From Conidiobolus incongruus B7586 (taxonomy: Eukaryota), in contig JNEM01013031.1 in the NCBI GenBank assembly GCA_000697335.1, positions 1 through 64,000 of the forward strand: DNA of 64,000 bases, written 5' to 3'. Under the pieces are notes generated by a model. That model was not told the DNA's origin. It saw only the letters and a list, made by a program, of their open reading frames with translations, and did not search any database. Positions 15,410 to 28,329 of the stretch are shown one piece after another. The number at the start of each line of letters is the position of its first letter. Position 1 is the first letter of the stretch. The position numbers and the translations under genes were made by a program.

Positions 15410-16926
15410 TTTGAATATATAATAATTGATAAAAATATTGAGAAATAAAAATTATGATTTAAAATAATCTATTCAATTTTCATTAAATACTAAAAATGAT
15501 TGATAATTAAATATATTTTAACCAATCAGTAATTTACTATTCACTAATTTGGAACACTTATATTTTGAGTTTGAAAATTAGCCACAATTTAATAATTTAT
15601 TATAAAGTTATATTATCCAAATGATATAAATAAAAATGTTTAATTAGATTTTATGTAAATTAAAAATCATTTTGATATAGAGAAATAAGTTCAGAGCAAG
15701 ACTTATTTCAGAAATTTGTATTTTCAATCAAAATATTTTATATCAATAAATAATATCACTTTTAAAAATATAAGAAAACTCATTATTATAATGATAATTG
15801 TTGAATATATGTGTTAGAAGAGAAGTCATGTTCTTGTTAATAGATGATACTTTGATTAGCTGGAACTAGTATTTTAGTTGTATTTTTCACAATATAAATA
15901 CATGTTTTTTTTTTGACAATAAAAACTCCTCTTCTAGCTTGATACTATTTTTGGCACTGCCTAATCAAAATTAAATCTAACACAGCCTCTTATTTTGTTT
16001 TGAAAGAATGACTTCCAACAATAATAACTTAGATATAACTTTTCACCATCCTGAAACCTATGGAACTGTAAACAATGGAGTTTTACAATAATAATTATTG
16101 TAAATAAAATATTTTTCTCATATATCAATATAATTGATTTTTTTCAGTCAAATGATATTGTGATTTTGAAGAAATATATAAAATGATTAAATGTAATCTT
16201 ATATTTAAAGTATGACATTCCACTTTTTAGCAATATTTTATTTAGAAGCAATAATTGTATTGACTAATAGGCTATCAAAATTATTTAGTCAATATCTTGT
16301 ATTATAATTGGTTTTAATATGTAGATATATCAACATATATTGACTTGTATGGACACGTTCGATTTAATATAATACTTAATATAAAAATATGATCTTTAAT
16401 ACTTACATATAATAATTGAATTTTTGCTCAAAGCTAATATGAAAATAATTTGACTATTATTATGGAAAATCTGAATATTGACAGAATGTCCATAGTTAAA
16501 ACAACGATATATATTCTTCAATATATTATTATTAAAATAGAATAAATTTAATTACCTGATCAAATATATTAAGTTGATATGTAGTTAATTCAATTCATAT
16601 TAAATATAGTCCATATTCAATTGAGATATCAGATACATTATGTATTAGACAGTTAAATTGATAATTATTAAAGGGCTCAATTATAGAAATTTTTGTTTTT
16701 ACATTCATGAGTAAATTTACTTATTAGATAAGGTTTGGATAATAAGATATACATTAAAATCAACCAAAGTTCATATTAAGTATGAAATATGAATCATTAA
16801 TGTTAACCAGCCGTTTTGATATTAAAGTTTCAATTTATTTTACAATATGAATATGATGATTATGAATCAAAATATTTTGCCGAATTTTATTTAAGAATAT
16901 ATTATAATATACTTGGATAGAAAAAA

Positions 16927-17897
16927 TTATTTACAACTTGTATTCATTCTATAATCCCAATAATTAAAGTGAGCGCTTTCATTTGGAAACCAAAAATCTT
17001 CAGTACAAGCACTGTCCTCATCGTAAATATCACAAATAAAAGTAATGTTCTCGTTATCTATATGCATGTTATATTGAGTATGGTGATATCCTAGTCGAAT
17101 GTCAGGTTGAACAGAAATCATATCTCCACAGTTAGTTATTCTGGTCATCGTGAGTGGTTTGGAATTCATGTATTTTGCAAACTCATCATTGCCAACGCGA
17201 GGTTGCCCAAATGTATATAATACCACTCGTTCCCAAGGAAGAACATTAGCCGTAACCATTCTCATTGTGAGAATCGTAGCGATTGCACCACCTATCCCAT
17301 GTCCAGTAAACACGACTCTATAATGGGGATATTTTTTAAGCGCCTTTTGAAGGGCATGCATAGTTTGCACTGACAATTCATTTGCTTGGCTGTTCCATTT
17401 AGTGTGGAGCTTGACATCTTGATTAGGTGCTGGCAAATCAGCTGAAGTCAAGAACATATTCCAAAACGCAAACCAATCGAAGATATTGGTAGATCCTCTA
17501 AAACTTAAAATGATCATACTCCTATAATGATTTACTCCTAAAAAGCCTTCAGCACTTGAGGTAGGTTGATGCAAATAAACAATATCAGTTGTCCCCTGTG
17601 TGGAGGGTTCACAGTTTGCGCAGGACCAATCTAAAATTTTATCTATGGACAGTATGCAATACTTGCAAATGGGAGAATCATCCGAGCTTCGTCAGTTGTT
17701 CCCACCTTTGCAACTGGAGGTTTTGCCGAAGTTCGTAGTCTCACTGGACTTCGAATCATTGTATTGTTATTTCTGTTAAATTGGCTGATAGCAGTTCGAA
17801 GTGATGCCAATAAGGTGGCATCTTCAGTTTCATTCAAAGACTTCAAATTGGAATGCGAAAAGATCGCTGAAATCATGAATATTGGAAGTATTTTCAT
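16927..17897 (-). pseudogene. Class-3 lipase-like copy 4; 1-nt frameshift at ~17645 and catalytic Ser replaced by Gly
   Basis: Two ORFs join as IAYCP-x-DKILDWSCANC if one base is restored at CCA.TA.GAT. The elbow reads TGHGIGG. Confidence 0.8.
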
Positions 17898-19114
17898 TTT
17901 TTATAACTAATATCAGTGGTATAGGACGTATGCTGAATAAATGTGATATCTTTAATAAAATCAAAATTAAACAAATGATAATCATAATACAGTAAATCTT
18001 TAAAAGTTTTTTTCAGATTAAGTCAATATATTACATGAGCCATATTTTAAAATTTGCTGAGCCAACAAATAGAGAGCTATTTTAAATTTCAATATTTCAT
18101 TTGGACCAAAATCTATTTTTTATTATATTTTTCCATTACTATTCTAATTAATTTCATTTTAAATAATAAACCAATTTCCTTATTTATTCATAAATTTTTA
18201 TGTTATGTTTAGTTTTAATATTTTTAAATCGATAGGAATTTAAATAAACTCAATAACCACAACAACAAAACCAAAATACTATTATACGTTATATTTATAA
18301 TATCATTGAAAATAAATTAATTCATGCATATAATATAGCGTTTTATTTACTAGTATCATTTTATGTAATTGATTTTTGTATTTAATGATAGAGAATATTA
18401 TTTAATAAATATTGAATTATAATAATAATGCACTAACAAATATTATTTACAAGAAATCAATCTGAAAGGATTCAAAGATTATTAATCAAACACATAAGTA
18501 TTTTTTCCCTCAATATATATAGTACTTTTTTGATTAATATTGGGTAAAATGAATTATTACACAATAAAAATTATATCATAATTAATACTTAAAACAAAAT
18601 TCAATTTAATTTATCTATTAAAGATTTATATAATTTAAATCTAAAACTACCACTTCAAAAAAAATATAATAAAATGTAACAATTTACCATATAATTAAGT
18701 AAATTTTTTTGATTGCAAAGTTTAGTTGAATATAATTTATAAAATTATATAAGTCAATTATTTATAATTTAATAAATTGAATTTGAAATTAATTTTTTCA
18801 ATTAAAATTGATAAAATTCAAAATAATATAATTATAAAAATCAAATAATACCCTTTGATAAAATAAAATTACTAAAAATTTAATATCATTTGATTTTCAA
18901 TATAATGATTGAGCTGACCTAATATTGATATTTTGATTAATAACTAGTATTAAATAAAATCAACTTTATTGAGTTAAAATTTCCAAAATAATATATTAAA
19001 TTTATATTATTTTATATTTTAATATGTATTCAAAAATATATAAGATTACTGAAAACTATAAAAAATTAAATCTAAATGTACTTGAATATTTCTAATGATA
19101 AATTTAATATATAA

Positions 19115-19469
19115 TGTAAAGGATATAATTCTTAATGATAGCAATATTTGAGGGAGTAGTGATCTGAATAGAAATATAGAAGGAAGTTAATTCAGTATAT
19201 TAGGTTATAAGATGGACTGATAGGAAGTTTTATTGATTATACCGAATATCAGAGAGGACTCAGATGGGATTGGTGATGATATGAAGCATCCGACTTGGGT
19301 ATATTTATAAAGTAGGTTGAATAGTGATTTAAGAGTTATTGTGGTGACTTGGGTAAATAGCCAACAAACGAATGAAAAGTAAGGGAATATGTATGTGAGG
19401 GGAGAATGACCATTATATCGGGTTGGTATAAGGATACTTGATGAGAATAGAGGCTTCTGTCTCTTCACA
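19115..19469 (-). mobile_element. Putative solo LTR immediately 3' of lipase copy 5
   Basis: 355 bp with TG...CA termini and imperfect inverted ends (TGTAAAGG vs TGTGAAGA). Flanks ATAA/ATGA resemble a 4-bp TSD with one transition. Minus-strand TATA (~19305) precedes AATAAA (~19232). Confidence 0.55.
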
Positions 19470-19482
19470 ATGATGAATGTGG

Positions 19483-20451
19483 TTAACAATTAGTATTCAT
19501 TCTTTGATCCCAAAATGTAAAGTGGGCTTCTCTACTAGGAATTAAATGATCGCTGATACAATTAGGGTCTTCTTCGTAGATGGAGCATTTGACAGTTTTA
19601 CCATTTTTGTCAATGTGCATATTGTATTGATTGTGTTCATATCCAACAGTACGTCCAGGTGAGATAGCAACCAGATCAGCGTATGAGGTGACTCTAGTCA
19701 CAGTCAATGGTTTGGAATTGATGTAAGCAGCAAATTCTGGATTTCCAACTCGAGGTTGACCATATGTAAGGATATTTACTTTATCCCAGGTAAGAATACC
19801 AGCTTGAACAAGTTTAAACGCAGTTAGTGTGGTTAAAGCACCTCCCAAACTATGACCAGTGAATACAATCTTATAATCGGGATATTTCTTAGTTGCATTG
19901 ACGACAGCTTGTTTAGATTGGCCGAATAAACCGTTGGTCATTTCGTTGAAACCATTGTGAATTTTAGCATTCTGGTTAGGAGCAGGCAAATTAGCAGATG
20001 TAAAACCAATATCAATGTTTCCAAGCCAGTTATCGATATTCTTAGTACCACGGAAACCTACAATAATCAATTTCTTGGCATTATTAACAGCTAAATAACC
20101 AGCAGTTTCGACATTAGAGTTGGAAAAGTAGACAGCTTCCGAAGTTCCAGCAGTAAAACCATTGCAATTAGAGCATGTCCAGCTCAGAAGTTTATCCTTA
20201 GCACAATAGGCAGCACCCGCATACTTGATAAAGTTACGTGCTTCAGTCTCGGTTGTCATCTTAGAGTTGGGAGCTTTGGCGGTAATTTCTACATTGGAAG
20301 GAGCTGTAGTAGATGATTGACTATGATCATCAGAATTCTTAATTAATTTATCTAAAGATTCGAGCAATGCTCTATCTTCGGTAACTTCAACAGGTGGGGG
20401 GATAGAATTTGAGGATACTAAAGTAGCAAATAAAATATAGATCAACTTCAT
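19483..20451 (-). CDS. Secreted class-3 lipase, copy 5, intact, 322 aa
   Basis: Signal peptide MKLIYILFATLVSS; AAYC, FRGT, TGHSLGG, TYGQPRVG, ADLVA, EAHFTF. Confidence 0.93.
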   Translation of the reverse strand: MKLIYILFATLVSSNSIPPPVEVTEDRALLESLDKLIKNSDDHSQSSTTAPSNVEITAKAPNSKMTTETEARNFIKYAGAAYCAKDKLLSWTCSNCNGFTAGTSEAVYFSNSNVETAGYLAVNNAKKLIIVGFRGTKNIDNWLGNIDIGFTSANLPAPNQNAKIHNGFNEMTNGLFGQSKQAVVNATKKYPDYKIVFTGHSLGGALTTLTAFKLVQAGILTWDKVNILTYGQPRVGNPEFAAYINSKPLTVTRVTSYADLVAISPGRTVGYEHNQYNMHIDKNGKTVKCSIYEEDPNCISDHLIPSREAHFTFWDQRMNTNC

Positions 20452-21366
20452 TTTGATATATGTTAGAATTGATTAACTTGAAGTTATGATAGGATTGACC
20501 ACATACCTATATACTTAGTTTAAGATTAATTTTATACCTTTATCAACAAATAAAATGAGTTTGTAGAATTTAAATTTACATCCTCAAATTTATTTCCTTG
20601 TTTTATTAGAATTTAGTTAAATTACGAAATTACAAGAATTTGATATGATTACTTTGGATAAATGGTGTTGTAAATTGTAAACTTTTATTCGATTATTGGC
20701 GATATCAATTCTGCAAATATCATAATGAATACGGTTAAATTAAATATTTTGCATTCAAGGTATTGAAAATAATTCAAATTTTAATATAAATATATTAATG
20801 GATAAATGACGTAATTGAACCATACATTTATGATTGGAAATATATTTCATTGCTTAAATATATCGTTGATTGTTGGTATTGTTATAGTTTATATTTAATA
20901 AGACCAATTTAATTATATTTTTAATTATATATACACAAATAGATGAAAGAGTTATTATAAAACTAATGCATAATATAGTTAAAATATTCAAATGTTATGA
21001 AATGATATATAGTTATATATATTTCAAATGGAATTATATCTAGTTTTGTTATATCAATACACAAAATATATAACAAATGCTTATAAATTTAATTGATTGC
21101 CAACTAAAAGTCTAGACCTTTATTATTTTTTTTGACATATGAATATTAAATGTATTTGAACGTTTTCATTATTCATATTAATTTAATTATATATTTTTCA
21201 AATAATGCTTACTTTAATTAATTGGAAAGTTAAATGCATATTATATAAAATAATTATTTGATAATTATAAATTAAAAGATGTTATTATATAATTACTATT
21301 ACATTGATTGATTTTAATATAAATTGGGGATATTTATTTATACTAATTATTTTAATTTCAAGGATA

Positions 21367-21860
21367 TGTCACAAACAAGCGCGACAATACCTGATACAGG
21401 GTTACATTAAGAACATCCAAAGGTCTCCAAAACTATTCAAGATAAATAAAACAATTACTATAGGACAAGAAAGTATAAGAGAACACACTAAAATAGCTCA
21501 TTCAGCTATTCTAATCACTACATTAAAAAGGTTCAAGAACTAATAAACAATTTCCTCAAAGTTATAGTACTTTATTTATATTAATTGACTATTACGATGG
21601 TAATGTTACGGTCTTTCCCTCCTGCAATGTTCAAGGAAGTTCCCCTCGTAGAATCTTCACAAACATCAGTATTTGGACTAGCATTCGCCCTTTTATGTGT
21701 GATGATTAACTGGAGAGGAATTTAGCTAACTATCGGAGGTAATCGTTGGATAATGCGCGTGTGCCCACTAATAAATTGGGAAATCATTATACTTCAATGT
21801 GATGACCTCGTGGTGAATTCTTCATCTCCTCATTTGCAGATCTTAGAGGTAATTGATTAG
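21367..21860 (+). mobile_element. LTR-like island (possibly two adjacent or nested LTR fragments)
   Basis: GC-richer island starting TGTCACA with TATA-like (~21459) and AATAAA (~21542) signals, and a second TGTTACG start at ~21604. Right end and TSD not resolved. Confidence 0.3.
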
Positions 21861-22849
21861 ATATTTGTAATTGGGCATTGCATAAAATTTAACTCAGTAT
21901 AAGGTCCTAAAGTAAAACAATCTATAATTCTAAAATATATTATTATACTTTTCAAAATATGAAAATTCAAAACATCAATAATAATGGAATATCGAAGAGA
22001 TTTCAGATATACAGTTATTCATCATACTACATAGAGATAGAAAATTTGGACAAGTTTTACAAGATTTAATATTTATGGAATTAAATAAATACCATAAAGC
22101 TTGATAAACATTATAATATATATCAACATTATTTATATATATCATTTTTAATGATTCACAGTTTAATTATATCGAATCTCAAAGTCAAAACAAATTATGT
22201 AAATTCACTTACTAGGGTTGAAAACCATTGCATAAATAGTCCAACAGTTTTGAGCAGCCAGGAATCGAACTGATGCAAAAATATTTAATATTAATTTAAC
22301 TCTTATTCGAAAAAATACTATTCAGGTGTTATAATATTGAGTTTGAATATTATAGCAACAGTTAAATATTTAGTATTTTAAATTAGATTTTTTTCTTTCT
22401 TAAAAACATATATTATATTCATTTTATTAAATGAATTTAATACTGTAACAATTGTATATTCGAAATTGATTTTTTTAACCAGAATGAAATTATTATAAAT
22501 TTCTGAAATTATACACTTTTGTAATATATAAATAAGTTCATTTCAAAAAATAGATTTCTATAATTGATAAATTTTTTTATTACCAAGTAGTATTAGTGAA
22601 TGCTTTTTATGAAATAAATAAAAACCTTCAAAATATCTTTCTGTAATGCTTTTTAAATTTTATCAGAAAATTTATGTATTTTCAAAAGAAATATAATCTC
22701 ATTAATATAATAGAGTTAAAGAACTTTTAAATATATTATCTTTTAATTTTCTATGGAAATATAATTTATTCAAACTCGAAAAATTGTTAAACATTTTTTA
22801 TATTAATATTATTAATTTATAGAGGAGCTAATAAAGTATAATAAAATAA

Positions 22850-23700
22850 AAACATCTTTCAACAACTAAAAAAATATGATATTAGATAAAATTACTATCA
22901 AATAATTTTCAAAACACAGATATTGTTATCAGTTAAAAAATAATTTATAAAGATTAATTTTTTTAGTTACTGATTTTTTAAATAGATATTTATTTCAAGA
23001 AAAATTAAATAAATAAAATTTTAAATTATATCTTAATAAATATATAATGTTTTTTAGAACTTGGGATTTGTAAATACCTTATATAAATAAAAAAATAATA
23101 TTAATAAACTAATAAAAAAACTTTATAATTAAACTATAGTTTAAAAAATTTAAAGTGCTTATAACTAAACTTACTAAGCTATAACTAATAACCAACACTT
23201 GTATAAATGATTATTATAATTAATAAACCAAAATATTTAGTATAATTATGAAATTTTATCATAATATTTGTGTTTTCTATTTATTATTATAATATAAATA
23301 AATATAGGCCAAATATTATATTGAACTTTAAAATTAAATAGTTTTTTATTATTGTTTTTAATAAAATCTAACAATACTTATTATTTAATATAATAATTAT
23401 TAAATATAAAAAAATAATTAAACAGAAATTATCATATTTTGTATATTAATTAGATTATAACATATAATTATAATTGCTCTAGTTAATTAAATAATTAAAT
23501 TATAAAAAACACTTTTATAATTCAATTTAATTAGCTGATAATATATTATATTTCAGTCTTAAATGAAAAAACTATTTTATAAATATTAGAAGTTAATCAA
23601 AGATATGTTAAAAGATATTTTAATAAAGAAAAAATTATTGATTTTAAACTATATAACTAGTTTTATAGATTATATAATAGAATGATTTATTATTTTTAAT
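22850..23700 (+). mobile_element. Highly degenerate mariner-like transposon relic (copy C); boundaries approximate
   Basis: Residual motifs in order: LELGI (~23055), LYN*T (WVPHEL equivalent, ~23121), IIIINK (first Asp region, ~23211), LII*YNN (~23375), LSYFVY*LDYN (LPHPxYSPDxxP, ~23429-23461). Aligns by eye with copies A and B. Confidence 0.6.
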
Positions 23701-24247
23701 ATTAAAATTAGTTAATATTTTAAAAATTAATAATAATTATTCATTATTAAAGATTTTATTCTTATTATGAAAGATTAAAAATTTAACATTAATATTAATC
23801 TATTAATTATTACTCATAATATATAAAACCAAATTATTAATTATTATAGATTATATATTCTAAATAATGCAAAATATTTATAACTTAAAAGTAAAAGTAT
23901 CATTATTTTTTAATTTTACTATATTAATGGGAAAAAGTTATTTAATAAAATATTTTCAATATCTTAATTGATTTTATTTATATATATTTAGCACCATATA
24001 TATCCTAAACATATAAAGTATTTAAGCTTTGTAAATGATAAAAGAATTTGTTATTTATTTTAAAAATATATTCTTTATTAATAGCAAAATAATGACAAAT
24101 ATTTTTTCTTCCTTTTTTTGTAGAGTTTAATATAAAAATAATAAAATATTAGATAAATAATTGAAAAATTTTTGAATAATTTATAGAAATATAAATAGAA
24201 GATATTAGTCTTTTTTAAATATATAATGTTATATAAAAATGGAGTAT

Positions 24248-25166
24248 TTAACAATTAGAATTGATTCTCTGATCCCAGAAATTGAAATGGGCATCAATAC
24301 TTGGGATTAAATGGTCGTCAATGCAATTAGGATCTTCCTCATAAATGGAGCATTTGACTGTATTACCATCTTCATCAATGTGCATGTTGTACTGATTGTG
24401 CTCGTATCCAAAGGTGCGACCAGGAGAGATAGCAACAAGGTCAGCATAAGAGGTAACTCTTGTGACTGTCAATGGCTTGGAATTAATGAAGGCTGCGAAT
24501 TCGGGATTACCGACACGGGGTTGACCATAAGTTAGGATATTGATCTTATCCCAAGAGATGAGGCCACTTTGAGCTAATTTGAATGCAGTGAGCGTAGATA
24601 ACGCACCACCCAAACTATGACCAGTGAATACAATCTTGTAGTCAGGATACTTTTTCAAAGCATTTGTGATCGCATTCTTAGATTGAGAATAAAGATCATT
24701 GGTCATATCGTTGAATCCACTGTGAATTTTAGCATTTTGGTGAGGTGATGGAAGGTTAGCAGATGTGAAAAGGATATTAATATTTCCCAACCAATTGCTG
24801 ATATTTTTACTGCCTCTAAAGCTGACAATGATCAACTTCTTTCCCTTGTTAACAGCTAAGTAACCTGCAGTTTCAGAGTCTGAGTTTGAGAAGTATACAG
24901 CTTCAGTGGTACCAGCGGTATAACCATTACAATTAGCACAGCTCCAGTTTAAGATCTTATCCTTAGCACAGTATGCAGCACTGGCAAACTTTAAGAAATT
25001 TCGAGCCTCTGTTTCACTAGTAATCTTGGAATTAGGTGCCTTGGCGGAGACGTTAGGAGGGATCTTTGATTCGACCTCCATAAAATTCTGCTCCTTGTAA
25101 GATTTGATTGCCTCTTCCAAAGATTTTACCAATTCAGGCAGTGACTAGAGAAGCCTAAGAACTCAC
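24248..25166 (-). pseudogene. Class-3 lipase copy 6; catalytic domain open but start codon and signal peptide deleted
   Basis: Open frame 24248-25132, highly similar to copy 5 (TGHSLGG etc.). Upstream, only a signal remnant ASLVTA survives, out of frame and ~15 nt from a TATATATAAA box. First in-frame ATG is 25081. Confidence 0.72.
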
Positions 25167-26806
25167 AATTTATATATACTACTAATTTTCAAAACAAACT
25201 TATAAAAACAAAAATCATTTAAACCCGAGTCACCAATGATGGATTAATGAAATTTATATTAAAATTGGATAGCTTTTATGCTTATTCAATATTATTGAGA
25301 AAAAAAATATTAGTTTAATTTGAAAATGGTTTGTCAAATCTATTAACAAAATATAAATTTATAGCTAAATTAAAGATGGAGGTTTATGAGTATAAACAAC
25401 TCTAGGTATGTATATCCATGTTGATGTTTAACTACTTTCTATACTATTAAATTAAGCATATAATTCACAATTTGGAATATTGAGAAATATCTATAGAATT
25501 ATATCATATATCACGATTCATCAAATATATGATTGTAAATAAAGTAATCAATAAATAAGGTATACTAAAAATATGAACACTTAACGAATTCTTTTTGAAT
25601 TTTCTATACAACTTATAACTATTAGAGAATGGAATGTTTATATATTTAATCATTTCCAATTTGGCTCATATGAATTATTTTTCATATCAAATTTTCAAAA
25701 TTAATATTAGTATCTTGAAAGAAAATAATAATGAAGCTTCTTAAGAATATAGATATTGATTAATGGTGATTTATCATAGTAAAAACTATGATTATTGAAT
25801 AATGATTCAAATTACATGTAAAAATATATATTAATATGATTTTTAATATAAATACAACCACAATGTGATATAATAGATTTTATTATATATTATAAGTTCT
25901 TAATAGTAAAATAATTAATTGAATATCTTAGACGTTATTATGAAAATTATACTTAATCATATCCTAATTGTTTTTTAATTTTACATTCAATTTCTAAATA
26001 TTTTACTAATAAAATTGAAAAGAATTAATTAATAATAAAATCAATAATATAGAATATATTCAGTATAGATCAATTATAAAACTTTTTATATATCCTTATA
26101 TATATATTTAATTTTTTTATTTAGGAAAATATATAATTTTATGAAAATAAGTTTGAGGTAATTTAAAATTATTAACAAACTATTTTAATGACAGTCATAT
26201 TAGAACTTTTTAAGATGAAATTTTTAAATTAATTTTATTATGATTTATTATATATTAAGGGCAATTTTAAATGATTTGATGAGATTTTAATACAATTGAT
26301 TTGAGTAATGTTTATATAAATTTATTAATTTGTTAGCAGTCATATTGGATCAATATACTAATTAGTTTATTGTTATAATATATACTCCTACCAATGTTTA
26401 ATTAACTGTTTGAATATATTTTCATTGAATAACTCGTCAGAATGGAAAATTTAAGGATTTTGAACCTTGAATTTGTATCCAAATAATCTGGTGTTTAAAA
26501 AATAAAGAGTGTATGATTGATAGTTATTAAACATTGATAGTATTTTCTTATAATTTCCAATTAGCTTATGGTGACAATGAACATTTATAAATTTTATCTT
26601 GTCATTGAACTTGGTTTTATAATGAGTTTTATATAACCTGAATTTTTAAGAAACTATTTAAAAATCAACTTTAATAGACAAAAATTTCAACAAATATCAC
26701 TTGATTTTTCTATCAAGTTCGAAATGCAATTATTTTGAAATTTGATTGATCACATAATATCAATTATCAAAATTATATATTATATAATAAATAATAATAT
26801 TGAGAA

Positions 26807-26808
<2 letters not shown>

Positions 26809-26838
<30 letters not shown>
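26809..26838. repeat. (TA)n microsatellite (similar runs at ~2310-2337, 9327-9347, 28147-28162, 57847-57868, 60329-60346)
   Basis: Direct reading of the sequence. Confidence 0.9.
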
Positions 26839-26840
<2 letters not shown>

Positions 26841-26971
26841 CCTAATACCTATTCAAATTATTATGAATTATGAGAATATTTATAAAATTATAATATAGAA
26901 TTTAGAAATTCATAATTTTCAATTATTTTATTTAATTTTTATTATTATAATAAATTAATTCTAAAATTATT

Positions 26972-28148
26972 TTATTATTTTGTAATTTAAATAATAAGAA
27001 TTTTTTGTGATTGAAAAAAATAAACATTTTAATATATAAAAAGTAAAAAAAAATATATAATATAAAACTAATAATTTCTTTTATTTCTAATAACTTTTTG
27101 CTATACTTTTAGTAAAGATCTAACATTTAACAAATAATTTTTTTTATTAAAGATTAAAATTTGATATTTCACAAACCAATTAAATTTTCCTGTAGAAATT
27201 TTCTTTCCTACAAGCTAGTTTTTTAATTACCTAAAACAATTATAATTACATAGGTTATAATTTAAAGAATATACTAGATGTAGTAATTTTTTCTAGTTAT
27301 TTTTAATTAAAAAGTTTTTTATAATTTTAAATTTATGTATTTTATAATTATTATGTAAAATAATAGGTTTTCTTAAATTATATTAAAAATACTAATTAGA
27401 AATAATTTTATTTAAAAAAAATATAAAGTCTATTATTAATTAATTTTCTTTTAAAAATTAAATAAAAATAACATATGTTATTATAATTTATTACAACAAT
27501 TAACATTTATTTATTAATAAAGTGTTTATTTAAAGGAAATTATAGAGGGGGTTAATTTAACTTAATCTAACACTTTGATTTATGTTTTAATAAAAGATTA
27601 TATAAAAGAATCTAAAATTCATTAATTATAATAATTTATTGTAAAAGCTTTAGTTTCTAACTATACCTTAGTAAGTTTTATTTAATAATAACTACTTTAA
27701 CTTTTTTTAAGTTTTAGTTAAATTATAAGGTATTTATTTTATATTTTTATTTATTAATTTTAATTTAAACTTTAATATATATAAAATACTTATGTAACTA
27801 ATATTAAAGTATCTTAATAATTCTTTAACTAAAATAAAAAAGTACTTTTTAATATATTTTTTTACTTTATTAACAATTAGAAAAATAATAGTTGAAATTA
27901 GTTTTTTAGATTTTAACAAGTTTTAGGTAGTTTTTTTAGCTTTAAAGTAATTTACCTAGTAATAAATTGTTGATTTAAATAATACTTTATTACTAAAAAC
28001 TGCTTGTAAATTTTAAATGATTTGGGTTTATAGTTAAATTTTACTAATACTAAAATAAAAAACTTTTGATAGTTACTATTTAGTTTAAGCATGATTAAAT
28101 TAAACAACTAATTTTAAAAAGTTAATTTTTTAATCAAAAAAGTTATTA
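26972..28148 (-). mobile_element. Near full-length mariner (D,D34D) DNA transposon relic (copy A); transposase pseudogene ~28092 to ~27065
   Basis: Minus-strand translation: ATG 28092, HTH region STIYY*VNYFK, *IPYNLT (WVPHEL, 27736-27716), IIIINEF*I (first Asp), PIILHNN...34 codons...LCNY (codons 27352 and 27247), and terminal V*QKVIRNK. About 340 codons; abuts (TA)n. Confidence 0.85.
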
Positions 28149-28329
28149 TATATATATATATATTTTAAAAATATATAATTTCCTATTAACATTGTATATA
28201 TTTATTTATTTCAAACTAATAATATGTTTGAAAAATCAGAAATTAAAAAATTTCCCATTTCTTCAATTCTATAGTAATATTTTTGATAATATCAAATTAT
28301 TTTCAATCAAACTAATGATTATGATGTAG

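Noticed and set aside
15850..16085. Possible trypsin-like relic on the minus strand (VSGW*KVISKLLLLEVIL...C)
   Set aside because: No recognisable AAHC or GDSGGP motif; too weak to call.
25155..25180. Tiny GT-AG intron rescuing the start of lipase 6
   Set aside because: Only 12-25 nt, far below the ~47-65 nt introns here; paralogues are intronless and no upstream signal-peptide exon is visible.
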